A stretch of DNA of 64,000 nt from positions 51,652,920-51,716,919 of the forward strand of contig NC_057719.1 of NCBI RefSeq assembly GCF_004010195.1, read 5' to 3'. The stretch comes from Chiloscyllium plagiosum. Taxonomy: Eukaryota. The notes under the pieces were generated by a model. It did no database searches and was not told the DNA's origin. It saw only the letters and a list, made by a program, of their open reading frames with translations. Position numbers and translations under genes: made by a program. Positions 39,575 through 52,429 of this stretch are shown piece by piece. Each line of letters starts with the position of its first letter. Positions within the stretch are counted from its first letter, which is position 1.

Positions 39575-40534
39575 GTGAGTGTTTATTTTACAGTTCTCTA
39601 CATTTATAAACCATGTTATTCATCAAGTGTAGCCTGAATTCTGGTAATATGCATTAAAAATAACACTTATCAGAAATGTTTTTTGAGAAAGGTAATGAGT
39701 GGGGCTAAATGGAAAATAGCAATTATATTTGGAATGTTAAGTTTCTCTCAATATTAACCTTTGATTCATATTTTTAGAACACGGTTGGTAAGTGGAATTT
39801 TGCACTTTCAATTCTGGACTTTGGTAGCTCATTTCCCACGTCATTCTGAATCAATAATGCCTCCCAAGCAAATCTTTATTTTGCTTCCAATGCCATTTAA
39901 TAGTTTTCATATTTATTCTCTGAAGTCTAAAAGATAACACAAAGCATTTTGGGCAGAAATTGCATAGTGTTTGGTAAACATACTCTCGCTCATGAATTTG
40001 CACTTATTTGCCCTTATCAAAGCAATGATAATAAAGGTCCAACTTTTATTTTCCTTTATTTCTATGAATTAGTTTGTACTCTGTTTTTCTTTTCAAATCA
40101 ATATTCCACTGCGCGCCCCCCCCCCCCCCCCAAAAAAAACAAGCATTGAGACTAGAGTACTGTGCATACTGACAGTGTTCTGATATTTCACAGAACAGTT
40201 ACACTCTTGCATGGACGTTGCCTGATAATGCCAATGGGCTATTCAACTGCAATGAGCATTACTACCAAACTTTTCTCTCATTGTCTGCTTGTGTACTTCT
40301 AGAAGGGGCTGATGGTTGTTATCAGGATGGTAGTCTGTTTTGTTCCTTGTAGCCCAGAACTGTAGAAATAAGTTGTTGTATTCCTACTGCTAGTCTATCT
40401 AAAATAAGTAACTGCATAGATCAAGAACTAAATCTGGGACATCCTTGATCGTTGTGGTCTGGATAACTTATTGAACTGCTATAAACACTCCATCTTTATT
40501 ACAAATCTCAGCTTGGGATTTAATAAAGCTTGCT

Positions 40535-40730
40535 ACTGTTTGATTTCATTTATTACTGTCACGTGTACCAAGGTACAGCAAAAAGTATTTTGTATACTAT
40601 CCAGATGAGTCACATTTACGTAAGCACATCAAGGTAATAGAACAGGATGCGGAATATAGTATTACAGCCATAGAGAAGGTGCAGAGAAAGATCAACTCTT
40701 AATATATAAGCAATCCATTCATAAGTCAGT
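40535..40730 (-). mobile_element. 3' fragment of the Rex1/Babar-like LINE family at 61120
   Basis: collinear with 61122-61310. Confidence 0.65.
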
Positions 40731-41465
40731 TCTGCATCAGAATGCCCAGTACACTGATAAGAACTGGCGAGGTTTGTGTTGGAAATGTTTATTTTGATTA
40801 TGTTTAGCTTCACCTTTGTATAATTTTGACTTTCATGTACCTTCAGAATGCTTCCATTTCCACAGCTCTCAAGGTAGCTGATCTTAAATTTTATGTTGGG
40901 TTTGGGGTAAGAAGGGAGTTACAAATCTAAGATTTTAAATCTGAGGCAGACAGACATCAAAGGGATGAGGAATGATTAGAACAAAGAAAACTGGATTGAA
41001 ATACATATAAATAGAAAGGAAACATTGAAATTATTTAGTTCATTGCAAAACCTGTGCTCATCAAGGGCAAACAAAACACTGTTTATGTAGTTGCACAACC
41101 GGAGTCGATGTGAACCATTTCAAAATTCAAAAAACTCTCTCATATGCATAAAATATAGAAATTCAGACAGGAAGAGTTTTAACAATGAACGAAACGATAA
41201 AGTGAGGAGTAAGGTATAAAATGGGATAATGAACATCTTGCAAGCGATATTGTGAAGTAAACATCAAAATGTTAATAAACACATTGAGAAAATAATTGTA
41301 CAATGTGAATATGGACCCATATTAAGGGGAGACCACATCCTACAATAAGGAATTAACAAACTTGTTAACAAGTACTGTATGCCTGTTCCACAATGAATGG
41401 AAAAGACAAAATATCAACAATTGTAATTGTTCCACCATTGACAGCATTGCCTTCAGCTGTCAAGT

Positions 41466-42328
41466 AGAGGAAAGTGAGGAGTGCAGATGCTGGAGATCAG
41501 AGTGAAGAGTGTGGTGCTGGAAAAGCACAATAGGTCAGGCAGCATCAGAGGAGCAGGAGAATTGATATTTCTGGTAAGAGTCCTTCACCAGGAATGAAAG
41601 CTTGTGAGCTGAGGGGGAGGGGTGGAGAGATAAATGGGAGGGGGTGGGGCTGGGGAGAAGGTAGCTAAGTGCGTGATAGATAGTTGGAGGTGGGGATAAT
41701 GGTGATAGGTCTTCCACACGTCATTTACTGTATCTGTTGCTCCCGATAGGGTCGCCTCTACATTGGGGAGACAGAGCACCTACTCTGAAGCAGAGTGCTT
41801 CAGAGAACGTCTCCAGATCACCCGCCTCAACCAACCCCACCACCCCATGGCCGAACACTTCAACTCCCCCTCCCACACTGCGAAGGACATCCAGGTCCTG
41901 AACCGCATCCATCGTCACACCCTAACCATCCAATGCCTCGAGCGAGAACACCTCATCTTCCACCTCGGGAACCTCCAACCTCACGGCATCAATGTGGACT
42001 TTACCAGTTTCCTAATTTCCCTCTCCCCCACCTTATCCCAGATCCAGCCTTTCAACTTGGCACCGCCCTCATGGCCTATCTTATCTATCCATCCTCCTTC
42101 CCATATATCTGCTCCATCCTCCTCTCCAACCTATCACCATTATTCCCACCTCCATCTACCTATCACACGCTCTGTGCCTTCTCCACAGCCCCACCCCCTC
42201 CCATTTATCTCTTCAACCCCTCCGCTCACAAGCCTTCATTCCTGGTGAAGGACTCTTGCCCAAAACATCAATTCTTCTGCTCCTCTGATACTGCCATATC
42301 TGCTGTGCTTCTCTAGCACCACACTCAA
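41466..42328 (+). mobile_element. Penelope-like fragment (GIY-YIG) with inverted terminal arms
   Basis: 15-bp TSD CTTCAGCTGTCAAGT (41451-41465, 42329-42343); VIYCI.CS...LYIGET and AEHFNSPSH peptides; left arm inverted to right end. Confidence 0.88.
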
Positions 42329-42465
42329 CTTCAGCTGTCAAGTGCCAGTGCAGAATTCTTTAGGGAGCTCTTTCCACTACATCTAGCTTGTTTTGCTAAT
42401 ATCTTTGTGACACTGTCAAATTTTGTTTGACAGCAGTCCTGTGAGGTGAATTTAAAATGTTGAAA

Positions 42466-42752
42466 GTACGGTGGCTCAGTGGTTAGCGCTGCTGCCTCAC
42501 AGCAACAGGGTCTTGGGTTCGATTCCAGCCTTGGGCATCTGTCTGCGTGGGTTTCCTCCTGGTGCTCCGGTTTCCTCCCACAGTCCAAAGATGTGCAGGT
42601 CAGGTGAATTGGCCATGCTAAATTGCCCATAGTGTTAGGTGCATTAGTCAGGGGAAAATGGGTCTGGATGGGTTACTCTTCGGAGGGTCGGTGTGGACTA
42701 GTTGGGCCAAAAGGCCTGTTTCCATAATGTAGGGAATCTAATCTAATCTAAT
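42466..42752 (+). mobile_element. HE1/V-SINE-type SINE with internal deletion
   Basis: collinear with 34647-34970; AATCT tail. Confidence 0.9.
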
Positions 42753-44382
42753 TAGTAAAAAGTGCTAAAATGTGTTAGGAAGGAACATTATTTTGCAATG
42801 AGTGGTTTGTAACTGGTACATACTGCTTGTGTGTGTGGTCGAGGCAGTTTCAATTGAAGCGTTCAAAAGGGAATTATAAGACTAATCTGAAAAGGAAAAA
42901 TGTGCAGTGTTATAGGGAAAAGGAGAATGAAATGAAGTGAAATGTTCTTTTGAGAAACCAGTGTGGACATGATGGACTGAATAGCCTCCTGCATTCACTA
43001 ATTCTGTGTCAGAGGAACTGTATGAACACAAATCAGCTATTGCTTCAAGAGAATTTAAAGATAATTTCAGCACAGAAACTTTTGGTTAATACAAAATTAT
43101 GGGGAAAAGTATTATAGAGAAAATAATGGGACTTATAATGGACAAATTTCAGGACCTGATGTATTATGAGGTAGAAACTTAGAAGACATAGGTTAGCAAG
43201 TTGTAGATCCATTACTAATATTTCCCAGGAGTCCCTTGATGCCCCTGCTATTTCTAATTAGTTTTATTTGAAATGTGGATGAGGTGCGCGATGAAACTTG
43301 TCAGTATTTCTGGAATCATTTAATTTTTAAATCCAAATGAGAGGAGTCCCTGGGATGATAGGGATTTATTTGCACTTGGGGAATGTTGAAAAGTGGCTGG
43401 AATAAACATTAAGTGGCACTAGAGTTTTCCAGTTGAGAAGGATTGAGTTTTTTCTTTTGCTTTAGGGAAGAACTCACCGTTTGGAAAGCTTGTGTTTGTC
43501 AGTTTGCAGATTACCTGGTGGAAATTTGATGTATAAAACATTTTGACCAAATAAAGTAGATAATTTAGAACTGTTAGAAAATATGTACCACAATGTAAGG
43601 ATGGTAGTGTGCAAGTTACGAACCAAAAATATTTAGAACCTGGGAAGAGTTGTTTGAAGCTGAGAAAGGTTATTCAATTGAGCGTAGACTACCAAGAGAT
43701 AGACTACCAATCTCTCAAGACTGGGAATTGAATAGAGCAGTTTAGTCAAACCTATATAGATGATTGAGAAACAAATTAATTTTCTCTGGTGTCTGTGTAT
43801 AGTAACGAGATGGTGTTGGGATACATAGGAATGTATTTTTATTTGAAATCATTCAAATTGTGCCATGTAAATAGCTTTGGTTACTCTATTTATCTTTTGC
43901 AAAATGAACTTCTGTTTTGTTGTACCACCTAATCTGCTATCACCTAGTGGAGTTCCACGTAATTCACTTTCAGGTGGTGAATCTCGGGAATAATGTATAG
44001 ATGGGGGAGATTCCCTAGGGATTTGCCTAGGTGCAGAAGTTTAAAATATGAGAACAGGTTGCATAAACTTGGGTTGCATTCCATTCAAATTAATTTAGAA
44101 GATTGAGACGTTAGCTCATTGAGTTGCTAATGATAAATGATGGATTAGAGACAGGGAAACTATATTTCTCTCGTGGATGAATTCAAAACGAAGGAGAATA
44201 ATCTTTAAAATTGTAACAAGGGTTGTTAATATATGGAGTCAGGAATAATGCTTTTGCCAAGAAGTTAGTTGAAAACGGGACCTATGCCAGAAAAAAATGA
44301 CTATTAAAATATTCAAGTGAAATTTTTGTTTTATGGTACTTTCAAGGGATATGCAACAAAAGTAGGGTAAATGAAGTTAGAG

Positions 44383-44614
44383 TTTAGATTAGAGTGGTGC
44401 TGCAGAAGCACAGCAGGTCAGGCAGCATCCGAGGAGCAGGAAAATCGACGTTACGGCAAAAGCCCTTCATCGGGAATAGGCTATTCCTGATGAAGGGCTT
44501 TTGCCCGAAACATGGATTTTCCTGCTCCTCGGTTTCTGCCTGACCTGCTGTGCTTTTCCAGCACCACTCTAATCTAAACCCTGGTTTCCAGCATCTGCAG
44601 TCCTCACTTTTGCC
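44383..44614. mobile_element. Palindromic PLE-derived mini-element (second family), hammerhead cores mutated
   Basis: TAAATGAAGTTAGAG at 44368-44382 and 44615-44629; ~95-bp inverted arms around 44480; inserted in a decayed LINE end. Confidence 0.88.
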
Positions 44615-45358
44615 TAAATGAAGTTAGAGCTCAGCTATGATAGAGTTGAATATTGGAATGAATACACTGATTTTTGTCTCTGCCTCCCGAGAACAAATAA
44701 CTAGCATATTTTACATGTTTACACACTACTGAATAAACTGACACTCCCAACACTAATAATGCAATTTTGGGGATTGCCAATTGGCTTCAAATATGAAAAT
44801 GCTTCTGAACACTTGAAGATGACCTAACTATTTGGTTTTGATTTTCTCCCTTCAGTGCATTCCCAAGTCTATAGAGGTGCTTGATGTTAAATAATTAAAT
44901 GACGCTGATGTTATAATAAATTGGCACTTTCTCATCATGGATATCTTGATAATTCAGTGTTTCTTAATCAGATGTCATCTATAAATTCCTTGAGTTATTC
45001 ATGTAGTCTGAGTATTTCGAATGAGAGAGCTCTATTTAGGCTAAGTTACTCAATGTAGCCTCTTGAATTTAATAGGATAATTGGATTATATGTTGGAGAA
45101 AATTGTGTCCTTTCCTACACATCTTCCTTGTGACAATCAGCCTTTGTGGTCTTGATGGCTGTGCAAAATTGAACCACTGATGCTGATTTAGATCCTAAAG
45201 ACTAACTTGGAAGCTGGGCTGTTAATCCTTGATGTATATTAGTCCAGAAAAGAAATAGATCAGTACAGTGTCTGCAAAATGCTCAGTTTCTTTACAAGTT
45301 CTGTATGATGTATTATTAAAGGAAAGAATTGGTGAACTGACCTTTACTTGCTTTTTAG

Positions 45359-45453
45359 AGAAAATCGCTTATAGCTTTGGAGAAAGAAGATGAGGAAGAA
45401 AGGAATAAAACTATTGAGAGTTTGAAGACTGCACTGAGAACGCAACCAATGAG
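45359..45453 (+). CDS. DAAM1: DAAM1 coding exon: RKSLIALEKEDEEERNKTIESLKTALRTQPM(R); ends at a GC donor
   Basis: tttag|AGA...ATG AG|gcaatc, 95 nt; split AG+G Arg codon completed by next exon; read-through hits TGA. Confidence 0.92.
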
Positions 45454-45975
45454 GCAATCTATCTTTAATGAATACTTATGATTTTACATTGAAAAACTGT
45501 GTATGTGTTCCCATTTAAGGTGACCATCTGTGTCATTTGCACGTGCGCTGAGGAGCCCAGATGACATTGGCGTCTCGTACCAGAAATCTCAATTAATAGT
45601 GTGGCCCTCTGCATGTGTGGATGATGTTGCAATGATACAGAATGATCTGAGTTTCTCATTTAATGTCCACTATCAAATGGGGAAACTTGGGAATCCAAAT
45701 GTCAAATTAATTAAACCTAAATATAGATCAAGCTTCATAGGCATAAAGGAACCTGCCTTAAGCTATCCCTAGTGTCAACTTCAGTGGTAGGCAAAGGGAT
45801 TTTAATTTCTTGCTCAACCCTAATTCCATTATAGACAAGAAACATTGCTAGTTAGGAAAGAGTTTACCTTCAGTTAAACAGAATGGTAGAAGGAAAACTG
45901 AGATGCACCATTTTTATTACAGGCTGCTGTCCCTTTGTAGTAACACTACCCGTTACCTCTAATACTGTGTATGTA

Positions 45976-45994
45976 GTGCTCCACCTAGTGGTAA
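45976..45994 (-). promoter_or_regulatory. Possible CTCF site
   Basis: reverse complement TTACCACTAGGTGGAGCAC resembles the CTCF core; motif match only. Confidence 0.3.
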
Positions 45995-46304
45995 CATTGG
46001 CTTTAAATATAAGCACCCAATAAAGCATTCAATTTCAGTATGGCATAATTGTAGTTAATTTCTATAACTTCCTTTTTATAATCGATAAATGTTTCTTTTT
46101 TAAGCTCTATTTTCTCCATATGTTTTCTTTTTGGCAAATGATCTTTGGAAAGATGATCTTGTTAGGTAGTTGACTAAGCTCAGCAAGAGTGCATCATGAA
46201 TATAAGGAGTCCTCATTTTAAGTCTGTATTTTAAGGTTTGTTTTTGTTTTATTTTAAAACCCTCTCTCCCCACTTAGTGTTATTCCTAATTTAAAGATCC
46301 CTTA

Positions 46305-46522
46305 CAGGTCGTTCTGTTATAACACGCTTTTTGTTAATACAAATTTGCTGTAATGCAGTTGATGAAATGAGGATGCTGTTTCTAAAGCACGATCTTTTAA
46401 AATATGTTGGCTGTCACGTAATTAAATCACCAACACTTTTAAGCGCTGTTTCTAAAGTGCAATTTTTCTATAATGCAGGATTGCACAGGAATGCAACCAT
46501 CGCCTTATAGAAGAACTGACTG
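46305..46522. mobile_element. Tc1/mariner-type MITE
   Basis: TA|CAGGTCGTTCTGTTATAA ... TTATAGAAGAACTGACTG|TA; imperfect TIRs and TA duplication. Confidence 0.7.
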
Positions 46523-47069
46523 TACTTCCTAATTGTGTCTCTTGTCTTTGGGCCTTTCACATTCTTGTACCTCTTGTGCCATTGCATTATCAGCATAATT
46601 CCACTGTTAGCAATGGTGCCATAGTGTTTTCATTCTGTAATTAGAGATCATCTTTTTTAAACATTAGTCTGCTCAGATACTGAAGTAAATGTTGTTAATC
46701 TTTTGTTTTTTAACTTTCTGTGCTGTTTGTACTTGTACTAGCCGAGGGCCTGCTGTAGATTTTGGTTTTATAAGAAGTAATTTTGCTCTTCTGTACTCAT
46801 CATACTTTAGATGTACAGGTATAATAGTTGAGGAGCTTGGACTTTACCTGGATTGTAAATTTACTTAACTTCTCTGCAAGTCTGCTTTCTTTAGTTGTTT
46901 TACAATCTATTTAGCTAGAAATGCACAATGGCGCACATGAATGGCTCAGTTAACTTTTTTATAAACCATTCATCCAGAAGGATTGTAGTCTACCACGTGT
47001 TTTAAGTTGTATATGATCAACGGAATTATTTTACTCGTTTTGAATCTTGATGTTCTTCCATTTTGGCAG

Positions 47070-47403
47070 GTTTGTTACCAGATTCATTGACTTGGATGGC
47101 TTAACATGCATTCTGAACTTTCTGAAAAGTATGGACTACGAAACATCAGAATCCCGAATACATACCTCTCTAATAGGCTGCATTAAAGCACTAATGAACA
47201 ACTCTCAGGGCAGGGCCCATGTTTTGGCTCATGTAGAGAGTATTAATGTAATAGCTCAAAGTCTTACAACAGAAAATATAAAGACTAAAGTAGCAGTCCT
47301 AGAAATTTTGGGTGCTGTGTGTTTGGTGCCAGGTGGTCACAAGAAGGTATTGGAGGCAATGCTGCACTACCAGAAATACGCCAGTGAAAGAACACGTTTT
47401 CAG
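47070..47403 (+). CDS. DAAM1: DAAM1 coding exon (GBD/FH3): [10 protein letters not shown]...YASERTRFQ
   Basis: cag|G TTT...CAG|gtacag, 334 nt; within ORF 47047..47460. Confidence 0.97.
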
Positions 47404-49090
47404 GTACAGTTTTCCATTGGTTCTGAATGGCAATTTTATCAAATGGAATTAAATATGTGATAATTCATGCAAAATACAGAGCACCCACCTCACTAAAATA
47501 AGACCAAGGAGCATGTTATATAAATGTATCTTGACTTTGTGTAAGGAGCTTCTGCCTAACTCCTTTTTGGTTTAGTTTATATATGATGCCTGCTAATTGT
47601 AGCAGTGATATGTAATCCTGGTAGCATATAGAATGTGCAAACTTTGTCCACCATATAATAGTTTATGACAATGACACCTCATAATCCCTAAAATTTAACT
47701 GTCAGTTCTTTTATGCAGTTTCTCTCAATTAATTTGTGTGCTTTCACTTATTCACCTCACTCATAATTTAAAACAAAAATGCAAATTACATTTCTTTGAT
47801 AGAAAGTTGATTTAGCCTGACTTTATAGTTCTTTAATTTGATGTTGTGAAGTTTCACTTTTTATATTGTGCCTTGGGCTAATATCCTGAACAGACAGACA
47901 AAGTCAGGATCGACTCAATGCTTCCAGAATGGCCAGTCTAATGTTTGGCTTTTGTTTTAATTGTCACCTTTGAAAATTTGCTTTTTTAAATTCAAGTTTA
48001 AAATGTAAATGCTAAAGAGTAACTTTGGACAATTGGGCAATGTTTATCAACTAAAGTTACTAAATAGAAATTTTTGCTATCTATTGCACAACAACTTTTA
48101 TTGCAATCCTGAGAGATGTGTTGTTACAGTAAAGTATGGTTTGTAGCTATATGATAAGATGGCCTTATGTATTAGGTTACATGAAGACCAGCACTTAGAT
48201 CCAACCACAGACTCAGACAGTGAGCAAGCATTTGGAGACCAGATATGGCATCTTTTATTTTATTCTTGGTTCCTTCATTGCTAATTCAAAGCTGGCAGTT
48301 CACTACCTGAATATCAACTACATCTGGATATGGGGCAGGATCTGCAACAAATCAACATCACTGTGTCAAGAGAGAAGACCCTCATTGTGGATGGAAAAAT
48401 ACAATCTCGTCTTGACATTTTTTCATTCCTTTGTCTTGATGTGCAATTAGAGACAGATGTGTAGTACTCCCACTCCTATATAAGCCTAGGTGTCATTAAT
48501 AGACACATTCTATGCTTTTGGCATCAAGACTCTGACTTTTGTGAATTCTAAGCAGAGGCAACTGGAAGTGTCAATGTCTTTCCTGTTGCTCCTCGGGTCC
48601 TGGTCAGAACTGACCACCTTGTCAACTTACTAATGTTGATCATTATTAGGCTTCAAAATTCAGTGTTACTCTTCCAGTGCTATGGCATTCTCCTTGATGT
48701 TCAGTGAAATATTAAAATTATCCTGAAGAGGTTTTTAAAAAGAACCATTTATCATTATATTTTTTTCTTTCATTAGTAAAGCCTGTACATAATATGACTT
48801 GCACTTTATCAGCATTTATAACTCTCATGTAGTGCACCAATAAGTAATAAAATCATTGGGGAAATGTTTTTAAAGGTTATGAAAAATACTTTTGAAAAAT
48901 TAAAATTCTGTTTAAATTTTAATCCTTCAGGAATAATGGAATTTGTTTTTCAATCTGAGATTACAGTGAAAAAAATGAAAACATTAGATATCTCTGTTTG
49001 AAACTAAGTGCTTATATTTCTCTGCAGTATTTTTATGCATGCCCATATTGCTTTATTATCAAATTGTGTGGCCCATTGTCTCCTCTTCAG

Positions 49091-49201
49091 ACTTTAGTCA
49101 ATGACTTGGACAGAAATACAGGAAGGTACAAGGATGAAGTGAATCTCAAAACTGCTGTTATGTCTTTCATTAATGCTGTTCTAAGTCAAGGATCAGGGGA
49201 G
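49091..49201 (+). CDS. DAAM1: DAAM1 coding exon: [37 protein letters not shown]
   Basis: ttcag|ACT...GAG|gtgaga, 111 nt. Confidence 0.96.
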
Positions 49202-49457
49202 GTGAGACATTTTTATCTTAATTATTCAGAGGAGTTGAAATTTGTCAATGCCAGTAATATAGTCTGCTTTATCGCCTGTCCATCGTGCATCAGTTTTTCG
49301 AATGTGTGGTTTAAAATTTTTTGCTATCAACCTGTTTGACAATACTGTTGTTGGCCATTTCTGGTTCCAGCTAATTTACAAGTTAGATTTTTAAATCTAT
49401 AACCATGGAGAAAAGAAATTTATTATTATTATAACGCTATTTATTTCCTTTCAATAG

Positions 49458-49561
49458 GAAAGTCTTGATTTCAGAGTTCATCTCCGATATGAATTTTTGA
49501 TGTTAGGTATTCAGCCCGTTATTGACAAATTACGTGAACATGAAAATGCAACTTTAGATAG
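49458..49561 (+). CDS. DAAM1: DAAM1 coding exon: [34 protein letters not shown](R)
   Basis: aatag|GAA...GAT AG|gtaagt, 104 nt. Confidence 0.96.
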
Positions 49562-49638
49562 GTAAGTGTACTTTATTTGCAGAAAATAATATTTAAAATA
49601 CTGATGCTGTTTTTATACTAATTCTGTTTATTTGTTAG

Positions 49639-49705
49639 GCATTTGGATTTCTTTGAGATGCTTAGAAATGAGGATGAAATTGAACTAGCAAAAAGATTTG
49701 AGATG
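49639..49705 (+). CDS. DAAM1: DAAM1 coding exon: [22 protein letters not shown]
   Basis: gttag|G CAT...ATG|gtgagt, 67 nt; preceded by a 77-nt intron. Confidence 0.96.
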
Positions 49706-49806
49706 GTGAGTAGTTGGGTTACTGCTTACATTTAATGCCATTGCCAAATAATCAAATACAAAGCTTGGTCTGTTCACTCATATAGTTGATGATTGTACTG
49801 TTTTAG

Positions 49807-49924
49807 GTCCACATCGACACGAAGAGTGCCACCCAAGTATTTGAACTGGTAAAGAAAAAAATCAGTTATACAGATGCATACCCGCACTTTATGTCAATTC
49901 TCCATCACTGTCTCCAAATGCCAT
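49807..49924 (+). CDS. DAAM1: DAAM1 coding exon: [39 protein letters not shown]
   Basis: tttag|GTC...CCA T|gtgagt, 118 nt; preceded by a 101-nt intron. Confidence 0.96.
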
Positions 49925-50359
49925 GTGAGTACTGTGGACCATTTTATATAGGGGAAAGCAATGCATTCAGTTTTAAGTCAGTGAGTAAAGTGAAAAGAAA
50001 TCAAAAACTTGATCTGAAAGTTAGCATGACTTCAGAAATATATTTGAAGTCTGTTTTAAAAACAATTGGATAATATGGTTTCCGGAAGTATGCTAATACA
50101 GTATAAATTATTCCAAAATAGCCACACGAATCTGTGCTATTTAAATTACAGTAACACTATTCCTTGCCTAACCTTTGTTCATGGACTTGCATTACTTGTA
50201 CTCAAGCAGAAACTCTGACATAAGTCATTCTAATCTGTATTGTGGATTTATTGTGGATTTATCAGTGACTCTTCATCACTGATCTTATTCAAAGGAATTT
50301 TAACTGGTTTGTGAATTCTACTCTTGATTCCTTTCCATTTTAATATTTCCCTTTATCAG

Positions 50360-50498
50360 ATAAGCGAAGTGGAAACACTGTACAATATTGGTTACTGCTT
50401 GATCGAATATTGCAGCAGATAGTTTTACAGAATGATAAAGGGCATGACCCCGATGTTACTCCTCTGGAAAACTTCAATGTGAGGAATGTTGTTAGAAT
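50360..50498 (+). CDS. DAAM1: DAAM1 coding exon: (Y)[45 protein letters not shown](M)
   Basis: atcag|AT AAG...AGA AT|gtaagt, 139 nt. Confidence 0.96.
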
Positions 50499-50632
50499 GT
50501 AAGTCATTCCCTGTAATTTTCTTTATCTTAAAATGGCAGTACTAGGCATTTTGATTTTGAAGACTGATTAATTCTCATTGTGTGCTAATGCTTATTGTGT
50601 CTGTGTTTTTAATCAATGTTCAACATAAATAG

Positions 50633-50691
50633 GTTGGTTAATGAAAATGAAGTCAAACAATGGAAGGAACAGGCTGAAAAAATGCGAAAAG
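50633..50691 (+). CDS. DAAM1: DAAM1 coding exon: LVNENEVKQWKEQAEKMRK
   Basis: aatag|G TTG...AAA G|gtgtgt, 59 nt. Confidence 0.95.
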
Positions 50692-51316
50692 GTGTGTTCA
50701 TTATTTTATTCACTTAACTTTCATGTTTTTAAACTTTGCTCTGACAATTAAAAAGCAGCCATTAGAGTAGTGCTGCTTTTTAATTGCAATTGTATTATCC
50801 ACTGCCATTCCAAATTCTTTTGTCTTCTCTTGAAACTACTGATTAAGATGCTGTTTCATAGGAGTCAGTACCCTCCAATTACTCTTCAGACTAGTAATTC
50901 CTTGTGTAAACTTAGAATGAAAAGTAGTATTAAAAAGTATTCATCAGGTAGAATGACATAGCCAACCTGGTGATAATACTGTATTTATGGATCTTCGAGC
51001 ATAAGTCAAATATCAAGCATGAAGAGAATACCGACTGACATTTCTACTCTTGTTGATATCTTTAAAGCTAATCATCACAAATGAAGCCCTCTAAAATATG
51101 TTGTTTTAAGCTGGCTTGAACGAAGTTGAACTTAGGGTTGAATCTAGGATCTTCTGTGTGGACATTGTTTTTGTGGATTTATTTTTGGCTTGAAAACAAC
51201 AGTAAACATTATTTGAATAAAATCTAATTAACTGGAATAATTGTTTTTAAGGCTCTATTTTCTATGTGTATCCTCATTTCCTTTAATGAATCTAAAAAAA
51301 AATCTCCTTTTTACAG

Positions 51317-51504
51317 AGCATAATGAGTTACAGCAAAAACTAGAGAAAAAAGAGCGGGAATGTGAAGCTAAGACACAAGAAAAGGAGGAGATGATGCAAA
51401 CACTGAATAAAATGAAAGAAAAGCTGGAGAGAGAATCTCAAGAGCACAAAGCTGCTAAGAAACAAGCAGCTGATCTGATGGCCCAGATCCAGGATCTAAG
51501 CAAT
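51317..51504 (+). CDS. DAAM1: DAAM1 coiled-coil exon: (E)[18 protein letters not shown]...AQIQDLSN; ends at a GC donor
   Basis: tacag|AG CAT...AAT|gcaagt, 188 nt; read-through stops at 51517-51519. Confidence 0.94.
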
Positions 51505-51758
51505 GCAAGTTTCTATTAATAATTTGAGGATGCTTTGTACTTTTTACACTTAACTAGTAATAATGTTCAAAGTATTGTAAAGAAAGGATCAGTTAATTGT
51601 TGTACACAGTTGAAAAGCTGTATATATCGCTATGGTCAAAAGTAAACATAAGTACATTGGTATGCTATTCTTTTCCAAAGAAGGGTCTGGAGTTGATCAA
51701 GTTAAAGTGAAATTGCTCATTGTCTAATACCGTCTTTGCAATTTTGCTTCAATTTTAG

Positions 51759-52073
51759 AGAGCAAGATATTCTGGAGTTCCTGGTGGACCACTTTCAACA
51801 CTTGGAGCCCCAGGTGGTCCAATACCACCACCTCAACTTCCCTCAGTAGGTGTTCATCCTCCATTGCCACCACCACTGCCATTAGGTGGATCTGTGCCGC
51901 CACAACCACCCCCACCCCCACCCCCAGGTGGACCCCCTCCCCCTCCAGGTTTACCATTATTGGGTGGTGTGCCACCACCACCTGGAGCACCTTTGGGCCT
52001 CGGACTCAAGAAGAAAAATATTCCCCAACCAGGAAACCCTTTAAAATCCTTCAACTGGTCCAAATTACCAGAG
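51759..52073 (+). CDS. DAAM1: DAAM1 FH1 poly-proline exon and FH2 start: RARYSGVPGG...PPPPPPPGG...LKSFNWSKLPE
   Basis: tttag|AGA...GAG|gtttgt, 315 nt; in frame with ORF 51864..52100. Confidence 0.95.
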
Positions 52074-52429
52074 GTTTGTTGTACTTCTTTCATAGAATAA
52101 GAAAGATATCATTTTTGTCTTGAATAATCTTGTCCTAACAAAAACGATAATGTTTGATTTGTATTAAATGAATGTGCATAAACTTCACTGAATTACTTAT
52201 ATAATTAATCTTCCTAGTAATATATACTTTTTTAAAAATAAGACTTTATGGTATGTTTAAAATAGTTCGTTAGTAATTACATGATCTGTATTCGACAATA
52301 AATCTAAAAAAGTTATAAGACAAAGAACATTAATTCATTTAATATTTGCTCTATAATCTTTGCAAAAATAATTTGCATTTAAAATAATTTACCCAATGAA
52401 GTTTTTTAAATTTTTGATCATATTAATAG

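Noticed and set aside
51724..52093. Gly/Val-rich minus-strand ORFs
   Set aside because: Antisense shadow of the FH1 poly-proline exon
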